Shown here: one piece after another, positions 52,125 to 62,129 of the stretch | Numbering within the stretch: position 1 is the first letter of the stretch | How the letters are laid out: each line of letters starts with the position of its first letter | Source: Desulfuromusa sp. | GTDB taxonomy: Bacteria > Desulfobacterota > Desulfuromonadia > Desulfuromonadales > Geopsychrobacteraceae | DNA length: 64,000 nt | Assembly: GCA_033791385.1 (NCBI GenBank) | Contig: JASJGU010000129.1 | Coordinates: 6,843 to 70,842 of the forward strand | Direction: 5' to 3' | Notes under the pieces: generated by a model | Told to the model about the DNA's origin: nothing | Seen by the model: only the letters and a program-made list of their open reading frames with translations | Databases searched by the model: none | Program-made: the position numbers and the translations under genes

Positions 52125-53273
52125 TTAGATGACAAAGCGACTTTTGGTGAAATTTAAAATGGCGATAGCAGAGAGAATGATGAACGCAAGAATGTACAGC
52201 GGAATTGTGAAGCTTCCGGTCTTGTCATAAAAATAACCGGCAAAAAGGGGAGCTACGGCACCGGGGATGTTGGAAGAGAACATCCATCCATAAATTGATC
52301 CGACTTTGTCCGCACCCCAGATGCGGGCAACAGAACCGGCATAAATGACCAGAACTCCACCATAGTTGAAGCCTGCTATCAGGGCAAAAATTTGTAAGCC
52401 GGTGGAGGATGTTACGATCAACGGAGATGCGAGGAGCAGCATTGCCTGAGAAAAAAGATTGAGCTGAATGATGCTGCGGCTGCTGAAGCGATCAAAAACA
52501 GTGCCCCAGATGACCCTGCCAGCGGCGTTAGCTATGGCAAAAAACGATACCGCACTGACACCGGTTAAGAGTGATGCTGATTTATAGAATTCTTTGATAT
52601 TGGCATTGATGGCAAACCCTGCTGCCAATCCGGTGAACATGGCAAAATAAAGGATAATGAAACGTTTGTCGGTCAATACTTGACGAAAATCTAGCTTGAC
52701 CGTATTCGTTTTGGAAAAATCGGGCGGATTTTGCATGAAGAGCCCGGAAAAAACGATCAAAAACATAAACGCCAAGCCAAAATACCCAAATAGCGCAAAA
52801 GGAGTGAAATTGAGTTTGAGCAGGTATCCTGCAATAGTGCTGACAAGTGCCGCGCCCCCGCCGAATCCGGCAACAGCAACGCCAGTGACGAGGCCTTTAT
52901 TGTTGGGGAACCATTTAATACAGGTTGAAATGGGGACAATGTAAGCGATTCCTGCTCCAATGCCAGCAATAATACCGTTTCCTAATATGGTGTAGGTGAA
53001 ATTGTTAACCCCCAGGGAAGAAATAAGCCAGCCGCTGCCGAATAAAATTCCTCCGCTGACAGCAGCAATCCTTGGGCCAACCTTGTCTACTAGCGTTCCC
53101 GAAAAAATCATCGTCAGGGGGAAGACAAAATAGAATACCGAAAACGGAATTTGCGCCTGCACTTGAGAAATATCAGCAAGCGTTTTGATATGTTGAACGA
53201 AAACCGACCAGGAATATGTTGCACCCAGACAAAGTTGCATCAGCAGGGCAGAGAGGATAATCATTATGCGCAT
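52125..53273 (-). CDS. MFS transporter, OFA (oxalate/formate antiporter) family
   Basis: QLCLGATYSWSVF, G.LVDK.GPR, KWFPNNKGLVTG..VAGFGGGA, NAAGRVIWG..FDR; start moved to MRIMII. Confidence 0.88.
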   Translation of the reverse strand: MRIMIILSALLMQLCLGATYSWSVFVQHIKTLADISQVQAQIPFSVFYFVFPLTMIFSGTLVDKVGPRIAAVSGGILFGSGWLISSLGVNNFTYTILGNGIIAGIGAGIAYIVPISTCIKWFPNNKGLVTGVAVAGFGGGAALVSTIAGYLLKLNFTPFALFGYFGLAFMFLIVFSGLFMQNPPDFSKTNTVKLDFRQVLTDKRFIILYFAMFTGLAAGFAINANIKEFYKSASLLTGVSAVSFFAIANAAGRVIWGTVFDRFSSRSIIQLNLFSQAMLLLASPLIVTSSTGLQIFALIAGFNYGGVLVIYAGSVARIWGADKVGSIYGWMFSSNIPGAVAPLFAGYFYDKTGSFTIPLYILAFIILSAIAILNFTKSRFVI

Positions 53274-53430
53274 AGTTTGCTCCCGGGATGATCTAGAAAT
53301 AAATAAAGTAGGAGGATCTTTAAATATTGTCAATGATCGGTTTTTGTTGCTATATGAGAGGAAGGTTCGAATGGGATTGGATTGTAGGGAATTGAGAATT
53401 GAGAATTGAAATAAATGAGACAAGGAAATC

Positions 53431-53700
53431 ATGCCGATAGATTCTGTGGAGTGGGAAAAAATCTGCGAACGTTGTGGGCGCTGTTGTTATGAAAAATATG
53501 CTTATCGCGATAAAGTTTTTTATACGGATAAACCTTGTCAATATCTGGATACAGAGACTAATACCTGTCGAATATATGATCAGCGCTCAGAGTTGCATCC
53601 TGAATGTGCCCGTTTGACCCCTCAGCTGGTTAAAGCAGGTATCCTGCCGGAGGATTGCCCCTATGTAGAAAATCTGGATGATGACTCCTCCTCAAAATAG
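53431..53700 (+). CDS. YkgJ/YcgN family cysteine cluster protein
   Basis: WE.ICERCGRCC, C.YLD..TNTC.IY..R, LP.DCPY. Confidence 0.85.
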   Translation: MPIDSVEWEKICERCGRCCYEKYAYRDKVFYTDKPCQYLDTETNTCRIYDQRSELHPECARLTPQLVKAGILPEDCPYVENLDDDSSSK

Positions 53701-53794
53701 CCGCGCTGATACATCATCTGTATGCTATCATTGTCTTTTGCGAGAGAATAAATTATTACAAGTATTCATACTTTTTTAAATCGGGGAGGGATCT

Positions 53795-55216
53795 ATGTCT
53801 CATATCAAATTTGGTACTTCGGGTTGGCGCGGTATTTTTTGTGAAGAGTTTACCCTGGATAATGTCCGGGTGGTGGTACAGGCGATTGCCGATCATCTGC
53901 ATGCCGAGGGTTTAGCCGAAAAGGGTGTGGTGATCGGTTATGACGCTCGTTTTATGGGCGGCGATTTTTCTCGCGAGACCGCCCGGATATTGGCCGGGGT
54001 AGGGATTAAAAGCTACTTCTGTCAGCGGGACACACCGACACCGGTGATTGCTCATGAACTCCTGCGAAGAAAAGCTGCTGGGGCGATCAATTTCACTGCC
54101 AGTCATAATCCTTATAACTACAGCGGTATTAAATTTTCGCCGGTCTCGGGTGGTCCGGCCTTGCCTGAAACAACCAATGATATTGAAAAGCGGGCCAATG
54201 CGATGCTCGGCGAGATAGTTTATAAAGAGATTTCTTTAGAAAATGCTGCTCAACAGGGGCTGTATGAAGAAATTGACCCCCGTGAGGCCTATTTTACAAC
54301 TCTGAAGAAACTGGTTGATTTTAAGGCGATTGCTGTATCGGGAATGACAATTGCGGTCAATCCTCTTTACGGTTCCGGGCGCGGCTATCTTGATCGGATT
54401 CTGGAAGAAGCGGGCGTTAAGGTGGTTAAAATTAACGACCATCTTGACCCATATTTCGGCGGGAAACCGCCAGAGCCGGCGGAAGAGTATATCGAGGACT
54501 TTATCGGGCTGATAAAGAGTGATGAATCCGTTGTGCTTGGATTGGCAACCGATGGTGACGCTGATCGCTTCGGGATAATTGATAGCGATGGCACCTATAT
54601 TGAGCCAAATTATATTCTTGCTCTGCTGTTCGATTATATGATTCGCCGAAAAGGTCTGCGAGGAGATGCTGCACGCAGCGTTGCAACATCGCATCTGGTT
54701 GATGCCGTAGCTGAATATCATGGGGTGAAAGTGTTAGAAACCCCCGTGGGTTTTAAGTTTATTGGTGAATATATCAGTGCGGACAAAATTCTGATTGGTG
54801 GTGAAGAGAGTGCCGGATTGAGTATCAAGGGGCATGTACCGGAAAAGGATGGGATTCTGGCTTGTCTGTTGGTGGCAGAAATGGTGGCCGTAGAGAAAAA
54901 ATCACTGCGGGAGCTATTATCTGATCTTTATTCGCGGGTCGGAGAAATTCACACCAAACGCATCAACATTCATTTATCACCTCAACTTGAAGCCGCTTTG
55001 CCCGATAAATTTGCTAATCCCCCAGAAAAGATTGGTGAACAACAAATTGTTGAAGTCATCCAGATCGATGGCAATAAATACCTGCTGGAAGATGGTTCTT
55101 GGTTGCTGTTTCGCAAATCTGGAACAGAACCGGTTGTTCGGTTGTATGCTGAAACAAAAAACTTCGAATCTTTGGCAACATTGATCGATCTTGGCCGAGA
55201 ATTTATTTTGGGTTGA
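53795..55216 (+). CDS. Phosphoglucomutase/phosphomannomutase family protein
   Basis: FGTSGWRG, TASHNP, DGDADR, GGEESAG, RKSGTEP. Confidence 0.93.
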   Translation: MSHIKFGTSGWRGIFCEEFTLDNVRVVVQAIADHLHAEGLAEKGVVIGYDARFMGGDFSRETARILAGVGIKSYFCQRDTPTPVIAHELLRRKAAGAINFTASHNPYNYSGIKFSPVSGGPALPETTNDIEKRANAMLGEIVYKEISLENAAQQGLYEEIDPREAYFTTLKKLVDFKAIAVSGMTIAVNPLYGSGRGYLDRILEEAGVKVVKINDHLDPYFGGKPPEPAEEYIEDFIGLIKSDESVVLGLATDGDADRFGIIDSDGTYIEPNYILALLFDYMIRRKGLRGDAARSVATSHLVDAVAEYHGVKVLETPVGFKFIGEYISADKILIGGEESAGLSIKGHVPEKDGILACLLVAEMVAVEKKSLRELLSDLYSRVGEIHTKRINIHLSPQLEAALPDKFANPPEKIGEQQIVEVIQIDGNKYLLEDGSWLLFRKSGTEPVVRLYAETKNFESLATLIDLGREFILG

Positions 55217-55251
55217 TTTTTTTTGCGAGTGCTTCATGAATACTTACTACC

Positions 55252-55282
55252 CAAAAGGGAGGCAATCAACGCCTCCCTTTTG
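55252..55282. terminator. Bidirectional Rho-independent terminator
   Basis: caaaagggaggc-aatcaac-gcctcccttttg. Confidence 0.85.
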
Positions 55283-55283
55283 A

Positions 55284-55859
55284 TTATTCACCTGCCAGCT
55301 TTTTTGCCAGTTCCAGGCTGAGGTTGTTTATCCCTTTATTCAGACCAACAACCAGATCCTGATAACTGCTCCCAATCGGTTGCCGATCGGTAAAATGACC
55401 TTGCATGGTTTGACCTGACTGGTTGTCAATTAGCCACCGAATATCAATTCGCGTATGATCATCGAGTTTCCCCAAAAAATTGTTAACCAGCAGTTTTACT
55501 TTTATCGCATGGCTGTTTGAGCTTTCCCACGGACTGACCGAAATGTGGCTACCCGGTAACAACAGAGTAAGGTTCTCACGCACTATTCGCATCAAACTCT
55601 CTTGGACTGGCTCTGCCCAGCGGTCGGAAGCGGCAAATTTAATATCATTAGGACCGTTACGCGTAACGATTTTTTTGTGAGCAAGATAATCAGGAAATCC
55701 GGCGAGTTCAAGATTGATAGTTAAAGTATAATCTGGATAAGCATTAGGTGCTTCCGTCATACTTTCAAGCAAGTAATAGTGCCTCGGTTGCAATTCGTTG
55801 CCGAATTGAATGCAGGAAGTACAAAGTAAGAGTAACGCTACGAGTATGCTACGTATCAT
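55284..55859 (-). CDS. PqiC-like ABC transport auxiliary lipoprotein
   Basis: Lipoprotein signal, YYLL, PDYL....IVTR, RWAEP, L..NL; last gene of the MCE operon. Confidence 0.85.
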   Translation of the reverse strand: MIRSILVALLLLCTSCIQFGNELQPRHYYLLESMTEAPNAYPDYTLTINLELAGFPDYLAHKKIVTRNGPNDIKFAASDRWAEPVQESLMRIVRENLTLLLPGSHISVSPWESSNSHAIKVKLLVNNFLGKLDDHTRIDIRWLIDNQSGQTMQGHFTDRQPIGSSYQDLVVGLNKGINNLSLELAKKLAGE

Positions 55860-56890
55860 TTCGTTCCTCCATCAACCCTGCCACGTATGAGCATTTGTGG
55901 ATCACGTTCAAGTTCTGTTGTCAAATAGCGCAAAGTACGAGCGGTACGGTTCACTTCCTGAAGGGTCAAACTTAACTGCTGCATAATCTGTGAATCATTT
56001 TCGGAAAGACCTTTGATTTGTTGCATGACATCTGCGGTTTTGATCGATGCATCACTGACGGCGAGAACGGCCTGACTGAATTGTTCAGAGAGAGGGTTAA
56101 CCTTACTGTCAATATGACCTATGGTCGCCTGTGCTTCCAGAATGGTTGCTTGACTTTGTTGAATTGTATCCTTGAGCATATTGACCAGTGGTGGAATTTG
56201 TTTATTCAGGTTTTGCAGAAAATGATTTAATTGAGAGGTCGTGTCATCAAATTTTGCCAGGGCATTGTGTAGGCTCGGCGAGTTAATGAGTTTCTCGAAT
56301 CCTTCAGCAGAGCTAATCAATTTGTCTGTCAGCTTCTTCAGTGGTATGTCTTCAAGAGTTTTGGTCAATTCTTCAAGACTGGACTTAATTGCAGGTACTT
56401 CAGGGTATTCGTGCTCGTACCCAGCAAGGACGAGTGGTGTGTCAGGTAACATATCCAGATTGACATACAATTGCCCGGTGACCAGGCTGTCCAGCTGCAT
56501 TTGAGCGCGCAAACCTTTATCGACCAGAGCTATCATTGGATCGCCACCTTGAACGGTTGTTTTAATCATCTCCAGCATCCCCTGATCAGTCCCTTCAGTT
56601 TTAAATCGAGACGGTTCAATTTGGATGACGACGGGGATATAAAATTCAAAGTCCTGTGGTCGAACCCTGACGTTGATTTCTTTGATTTGACCAATTTTTA
56701 CTCCCCGAAACCGCACTGGTGAACCGACTTTGAGTCCCTTAACAGAGCTGTCAAAAAAAATAACATAGCTCCTGGTTTCGGCAAGAAACCCTCCCGGTCC
56801 AAAAAATAACAATCCGGCAACGGTCAGGATCACCGCACCGACCACAAAACTACCGATGACCCGTGGATCGATTCTTTTACGTCTATACAT
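55856..56890 (-). CDS. MlaD/MCE family protein with a helical extension
   Basis: IGSFVVGA, F..SVKGL.VGSPV.FRGV.IG, GLRAQ....SLVTGQLYV, LERDP..LIRG. Confidence 0.9.
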   Translation of the reverse strand: MYRRKRIDPRVIGSFVVGAVILTVAGLLFFGPGGFLAETRSYVIFFDSSVKGLKVGSPVRFRGVKIGQIKEINVRVRPQDFEFYIPVVIQIEPSRFKTEGTDQGMLEMIKTTVQGGDPMIALVDKGLRAQMQLDSLVTGQLYVNLDMLPDTPLVLAGYEHEYPEVPAIKSSLEELTKTLEDIPLKKLTDKLISSAEGFEKLINSPSLHNALAKFDDTTSQLNHFLQNLNKQIPPLVNMLKDTIQQSQATILEAQATIGHIDSKVNPLSEQFSQAVLAVSDASIKTADVMQQIKGLSENDSQIMQQLSLTLQEVNRTARTLRYLTTELERDPQMLIRGRVDGGTK

Positions 56891-56928
56891 AGTGGCCTCT
56901 TAACAAAAAATCCATTTGTTTCAACATT

Positions 56929-57678
56929 TTAAGTTGTCCTGGTTAAGAATTTTTTTACCCGTGGATCATTTGATCTTTCCAGCAGCTGCTTTGGTGGACC
57001 AGATGCAATGATGGTTTTTTCGTCCGCGTCGAGAAAAATTGAATTATCTCCCACGGTAAAAATACTTGCCAGTTCATGACTGACAATCACCACCGTTGCA
57101 CCAAGGCTATCACGCAATTCCAGGATGAGATCGTCGAGCAGGCGTGAACTAACCGGGTCAAGCCCTGCAGAGGGCTCATCAAAAAACAGAATATTAGGGT
57201 CAAGTGCCATGGCTCTGGCCAGTCCGGCTCGTTTGCGCATCCCCCCACTGATTTCAGAAGGGTAATAGTCTTCAAATCCGGCCAACCCGACCAATGACAG
57301 TTTGTACGCAATCACATCCATAATCTGTTTTTGATTCAAGTTTGTATACTCGGTCAGCGGCAGTGCGATATTTTCAGCCAGAGTCATTGAACTCCAGAGA
57401 GCTCCTCCCTGATAGAGTACACCATTGCGGCTGATAATCTTGTTTCGCTCATTGATGGATGCTTGCCAGAGATTAATTCCATCTACAAACACATCCCCAC
57501 GGTATGGTTCCATTAAGCCGACAAGATGCCGTAGCAGGGTGCTTTTTCCGCACCCACTGCCACCCATGATGACAAAAACTTCACCGTGGTTGACAGTAAA
57601 ATTGAGATTCTCCTGAATAACGGTTTCGCCGTAAGCTATAGTCAGATTGCGGATGTCCAGATGGGGCGTTTCGATCAT
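56929..57678 (-). CDS. MlaF-like ABC transporter ATP-binding protein
   Basis: GGSGCGKSTL, PSEISGGMRKRAGLARAMALDP, DEPSAGLDP; real start MIETPH. Confidence 0.92.
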   Translation of the reverse strand: MIETPHLDIRNLTIAYGETVIQENLNFTVNHGEVFVIMGGSGCGKSTLLRHLVGLMEPYRGDVFVDGINLWQASINERNKIISRNGVLYQGGALWSSMTLAENIALPLTEYTNLNQKQIMDVIAYKLSLVGLAGFEDYYPSEISGGMRKRAGLARAMALDPNILFFDEPSAGLDPVSSRLLDDLILELRDSLGATVVIVSHELASIFTVGDNSIFLDADEKTIIASGPPKQLLERSNDPRVKKFLTRTT

Positions 57679-57680
57679 CT

Positions 57681-58814
57681 TTAGACTCCCATTATCTGAC
57701 AAATGACGGTGATGATGGCATCGGCAACAATGATCAGGACGATTGATGTGACAACAGCACTGGTTGCGGCGAAGCCAACAGCAGAAGCACTGCGGCCACA
57801 TTGCAGGCCTCGAAAACATCCGGCAGTCGCGACCAGAATACCGAAGACTCCCGCTTTAACGATCCCAATGATGAAATGTATTGGTGGCACAAATCCCTGA
57901 ATCTGCTGAAAATACTGGAAAAAGGAAATATCCAGCATGGTCGCACTGACGATCGCTCCGCCGATGATGCCCATAAAATCAGCATAAATACAGAGCAGTG
58001 GCATGGTGATACAGAGAGCCAGCAAGCGCGGAAAAACCAGAAACTCGATCGGGGAAATGCCCATGGTTTTCAATGCATCAATCTCTTCATTGACCTGCAT
58101 TGTTCCCAATTGTGCCGCATAGGCTGCACCGGTACGTCCAGCCATAACAATAGCTGTCATCATCGCACCCATCTCACGCGCCATACCCATACCAACCAAA
58201 TTGGCAATGTAAATTTCAGCACCAAACATGCGTAATTGAACTGCACCCACAAAAGCGAGGATCATACCGACGAGAATGCTTATCAGGGTGACAATCATCA
58301 GTGCCGATGGTCCGGCAGACTCGATCTGAAAAAACAAGTCAGAATAACGAAAACGTGCCCGGCCACGCAGAAAATTCAGAAAGCCGAAAAAAAGCTCCCC
58401 GACAAATGCCAGCAGATCGCCCCAGTTACGCTGCATTTCAATTGATATATTACCAATTTTAGCCAGAATCGGTTGACCTAAAATCTCACGCCTAGCACCT
58501 TTTCGTTCCGGGACAGAAAAGGATAACCGCAGTAGTGTTTGTATTCCTGTCGGCAGGGTTTCCTGGCGAACTGAAATGTTATTTTGTTGGCAGTTGTTGA
58601 TCAGGTTGACCAGAAAAATCATCAGACCGCTATCCCAATTTCCCAGATTCTGGCAGTCAAATGAAAGTTTTTCAGGTCGAGTGTTTAGTAGCTGCTTAAG
58701 CAGCAAGTCGATGTCAGGAATGCCACTTTGAAAGCACCAATCACCCGACAGTTGGAGGTGAGCACCATCAGGAGAATTGTTGAGCTGATATTTTTCGGTC
58801 GTGTCGATCGACAT
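57681..58814 (-). CDS. MlaE family permease with an N-terminal STAS-like domain
   Basis: REMG..MTAIVMAGRTGAAYAAQLGTMQVNEEIDAL; N-terminal LSGDW..WDSG. Confidence 0.92.
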   Translation of the reverse strand: MSIDTTEKYQLNNSPDGAHLQLSGDWCFQSGIPDIDLLLKQLLNTRPEKLSFDCQNLGNWDSGLMIFLVNLINNCQQNNISVRQETLPTGIQTLLRLSFSVPERKGARREILGQPILAKIGNISIEMQRNWGDLLAFVGELFFGFLNFLRGRARFRYSDLFFQIESAGPSALMIVTLISILVGMILAFVGAVQLRMFGAEIYIANLVGMGMAREMGAMMTAIVMAGRTGAAYAAQLGTMQVNEEIDALKTMGISPIEFLVFPRLLALCITMPLLCIYADFMGIIGGAIVSATMLDISFFQYFQQIQGFVPPIHFIIGIVKAGVFGILVATAGCFRGLQCGRSASAVGFAATSAVVTSIVLIIVADAIITVICQIMGV

Positions 58815-58940
58815 GGAAAATGAATAGTCCTCCCCGTTAAAACACCCTTCTCCATCAAGAAGGTTGGTTAAAATAACATCTCAATCTTAAAGTATCCAGT
58901 TATTGCAGGGGAGTGAAGGGTTTTTTAGTAAAAAATTTAA

Positions 58941-60482
58941 TTAGTCGATGGATAATTCCGGCACAAGTACCGTGACCTGGTTACGTCCGTTTTGTTTTGA
59001 CATATACAAACCTCGGTCAGCAGTTTCTATTAAAATATCTTTAGTTACATGCGCGTTCGTTTGATCGAAAGTTGTTGCTCCAGCACTGACGGTGACATAG
59101 ATAAGTTGTCCATCTACTAAAGTTGCAATCCCTTCAACACAACGCCTCAAGCGCGCAGCAAAAACTTTAACTCCTGCCGCACTGGTTTCCGGGAGTATGA
59201 CGGCAAATTCTTCACCCCCATAACGGGCAACAATGTCACAGGGTCGGACCGCACTCGTAACGGCTCTGGCGATATTCATTAATACCAGATCACCGGCAGG
59301 GTGGCCATGGGTGTCATTCACCTTTTTGAATAAATCGATATCAAACAGAATCAGTGAAACTGATGAAAAGTAGCGGTTGGCCCGAGCGAGTTCATGACCA
59401 AGTGATTCCTGAAAATAGCGATGATTGTAGAGACCCGTCAGCCCATCGCGATAAACTAATTCTTTAAGACGAGAGTTAGCGTCCAGTAGCTCATTTGCAA
59501 GTCTTTCCGCTTTTTCTTTTGCCTCCCGCATTTCCAGAATCATTTGTTCATTACTCAGATTCAGCTTCCCTAGCTCAGCGTTCGCTTCTTGTAGCAATAA
59601 CGAATAGGGCTTGATGTCACCTGGGTCGAGATCAAAAGTTGTTATCATTTTACTGCTATTGGTGGCAACAGCATCAAGCAACTCAAGTGTCTGGGTTTCA
59701 TCAATGTTGAATTTTTCAATTATTCTTTGTTGGATCAGGCGTGCTTTTTCAGCCGTCTCAGCTTCGGTGTAGATAGCAGCTAACTGATCTGCAAAATGGA
59801 GAATTCCAGCTGCATCCTGGCAAGCTTCTGGAGCGTTTTCTGGCAGGTGATGATAAAGAATTGGCTCGCAAATTGAATCGGGAAGATGCCAATTCATCAG
59901 CAGGGCATAGCCCACTTGCTGATGGTCAAAGCCGTATTTTTCTTTCTCCAGATCAATTAACGCTGTCGCAGATGATCGGGCCTCCTTAAGCACTGCATTG
60001 TATGCATCCCCTTTGGTCATGCTGATGACCAGCATACCAATATCCTGGAGTAAAGCCGTAACAAAGATATCGTCATCTTTGTGTTGTACTGTCTTAGATA
60101 GTAATTCTGCTGAGACCGCTGCTGTGATTGAGCGCCGCCAGTAAAAATCAAAATCAAAACCAGTGTCATCATTATTATTCAGTTCGGCTGCAATGATAAA
60201 TGAGAGGGCGATATTCTTTATAATGTTGGTACCCAGCACGGACATAGCTCGGTTAATATTTTTGATTTCACCATTACAGGCAAACATTTCCGAGTTTGCA
60301 ACTTTCAGCATTTTTGCGGTTAAAGCAGGATCTGCGGAAATAATTTCTCCCAATTCAGTCAATGCAGCATCATCCTTCTGTACGGTATTGAGAATTTGCA
60401 CTGCGATGGCTGGCGGGGAGGGAAAGTTTAGTTCTTTTTCGATCAGTTGTTGGATGTGATGGTAGTTCTCATGTGATTGCAT
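58941..60482 (-). CDS. HDOD-GGDEF diguanylate cyclase
   Basis: HDOD (DPALTAKMLKVANS, ALLQDIG) plus DGLTGLYN, I-site RPCD, GGEEF. Confidence 0.93.
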   Translation of the reverse strand: MQSHENYHHIQQLIEKELNFPSPPAIAVQILNTVQKDDAALTELGEIISADPALTAKMLKVANSEMFACNGEIKNINRAMSVLGTNIIKNIALSFIIAAELNNNDDTGFDFDFYWRRSITAAVSAELLSKTVQHKDDDIFVTALLQDIGMLVISMTKGDAYNAVLKEARSSATALIDLEKEKYGFDHQQVGYALLMNWHLPDSICEPILYHHLPENAPEACQDAAGILHFADQLAAIYTEAETAEKARLIQQRIIEKFNIDETQTLELLDAVATNSSKMITTFDLDPGDIKPYSLLLQEANAELGKLNLSNEQMILEMREAKEKAERLANELLDANSRLKELVYRDGLTGLYNHRYFQESLGHELARANRYFSSVSLILFDIDLFKKVNDTHGHPAGDLVLMNIARAVTSAVRPCDIVARYGGEEFAVILPETSAAGVKVFAARLRRCVEGIATLVDGQLIYVTVSAGATTFDQTNAHVTKDILIETADRGLYMSKQNGRNQVTVLVPELSID

Positions 60483-60503
60483 AGCGATTCCATTTGCTGA
60501 TTT

Positions 60504-62036
60504 TCAGGATGAAGGAGCATTTTCTGTTGCCAGAATTGTAACTTGGTTACGACCGTTTTTTTTGGACATATAGAGTCCACGATCTGCACTTTTGATCAAA
60601 ATGTCTTTTGAAATTTCTGGTTGCTCTGGACAGAATGTCGTCCCCCCCACGCTGATTGTAACCATTATTTGTTGTTGATCTACTTTGGTAATAACCCCTT
60701 CTACACAGCGTCTGAGCCTTGCTGCAAAAACTTTGAGTCCAGAGTTGTCTGTTTCAGGCAGTATGACGGCAAATTCTTCACCACCATAGCGAGCGACAAA
60801 ATCACTTGGCCGAACCGTTTTTTGAACTGCCTTTGAAATTGTCTTCAGAACCTGATCCCCCGCAGGATGACCATGATTGTCATTAACTTTTTTAAAGTGA
60901 TCGATATCGAAGAGAATCAGAGAAAGTGAAGATTGATACCTGTTGGCTCTTGCTAGTTCGTCACCTAGGCTCTCCTGGAAAAAACGGTGGTTGTACAGCC
61001 CGGTCAGTGCATCTAAATAAGCCAGATCATTCAGCCGTGAATTAACATCTTTAAGTTCATGGGCCAGGCGTTCAGATTTCTTTTTTGCTTCCATCAGTTC
61101 AATAACAAGCTGCTCATAGGAAAGGTTCAAGCGGCCCAATTCTTCATTGGCCTCTTGGAGCATTTGTGTATAAGGCTTCATGTCGCCTGGTTCTATTTCA
61201 AAAGTTTTCAGAATTTCAACACTTTTTTCTGCAATATCATCCAATAAAGTACGAATCTGATCTGGGTTGAGAGAATAATGTTCTTCCAATTCATCCTGCA
61301 ATAAACGCACTTTTTCAGCAGTATCGGTCTCATTGTAGATAGCAGAAAGTTGATCGGCAAAATGGAGAATTTTAGCCGTCTTCTGGCTACTCTCTGGTGC
61401 AGATTCGGGATTGTGGTGGTAGTAGATTGGCTCTGAAATGGACTCTGGAAGCCCCCACTTATTGATGAGTGCAGAACCAATCTGCTGATGATTGCAACCG
61501 TATAGATCCTGCTCTAGATCGAAAAGGGATAGATTAGAGATAGAGGATTTCTGGAGCAATTCACTGTAGTCATTTCTTTTATCCATGAAAATTACCAGCA
61601 TGCCGATATCATGCAGTAGTGCCGTGACAAAGATGTCATCATTTTTTTGATTCAGCTGCTGAGTCAAAAGTTCTGCGGCAACGGCAGAAGTAACGGAGTG
61701 ACGCCAATAAGCGTCGAAATCAAAACCAGATTGCTTGTCTTCACGTAAATCGGTTGCGATAACAAATGACAGGGCTATATTTTTAATAACATTGGTGCCA
61801 AGCACAGATAATGCCCGGTCAATGCTGGTCACTTCATTTTTGAAAGCATAAAAACCAGAATTGGCAATCTGGAGCATTTTCCCGGTCAACGCAGGATCGG
61901 CCGAGATGATATCAGCCAGTTTGTTGAGTGCAGCGTCTTCTTTTTGCACAGTATTGAGAATCTGAACCACAATTGCAGGGGGCGAGGGCAGGGCGATCTC
62001 TTTTTCTGCAAGCTGTTGACCTCGATTCGATTCCAT
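60504..62036 (-). CDS. HDOD-GGDEF diguanylate cyclase (tandem paralogue)
   Basis: HDOD (DPALTGKMLQIANS, ALLHDIG) plus DALTGLYN, I-site RPSD, GGEEF. Confidence 0.93.
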   Translation of the reverse strand: MESNRGQQLAEKEIALPSPPAIVVQILNTVQKEDAALNKLADIISADPALTGKMLQIANSGFYAFKNEVTSIDRALSVLGTNVIKNIALSFVIATDLREDKQSGFDFDAYWRHSVTSAVAAELLTQQLNQKNDDIFVTALLHDIGMLVIFMDKRNDYSELLQKSSISNLSLFDLEQDLYGCNHQQIGSALINKWGLPESISEPIYYHHNPESAPESSQKTAKILHFADQLSAIYNETDTAEKVRLLQDELEEHYSLNPDQIRTLLDDIAEKSVEILKTFEIEPGDMKPYTQMLQEANEELGRLNLSYEQLVIELMEAKKKSERLAHELKDVNSRLNDLAYLDALTGLYNHRFFQESLGDELARANRYQSSLSLILFDIDHFKKVNDNHGHPAGDQVLKTISKAVQKTVRPSDFVARYGGEEFAVILPETDNSGLKVFAARLRRCVEGVITKVDQQQIMVTISVGGTTFCPEQPEISKDILIKSADRGLYMSKKNGRNQVTILATENAPSS

Positions 62037-62129
62037 TTAGATAGCCTGTTCGCTTTGCATGAGGGTTTGTTTGTTTGAGTTAATATTTGGTGGTATCGTT
62101 TACTTGTAGATTGCAACCCTGATCATAAT

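Noticed and set aside
57679-57819. Cys/His-rich N-terminal extension of the ABC ATPase (CFCCW...CCCH...HHHRH)
   Set aside because: It is an alternative frame over the hydrophobic 3' end of the mlaE-like gene. The true start is the ATG at 57678.
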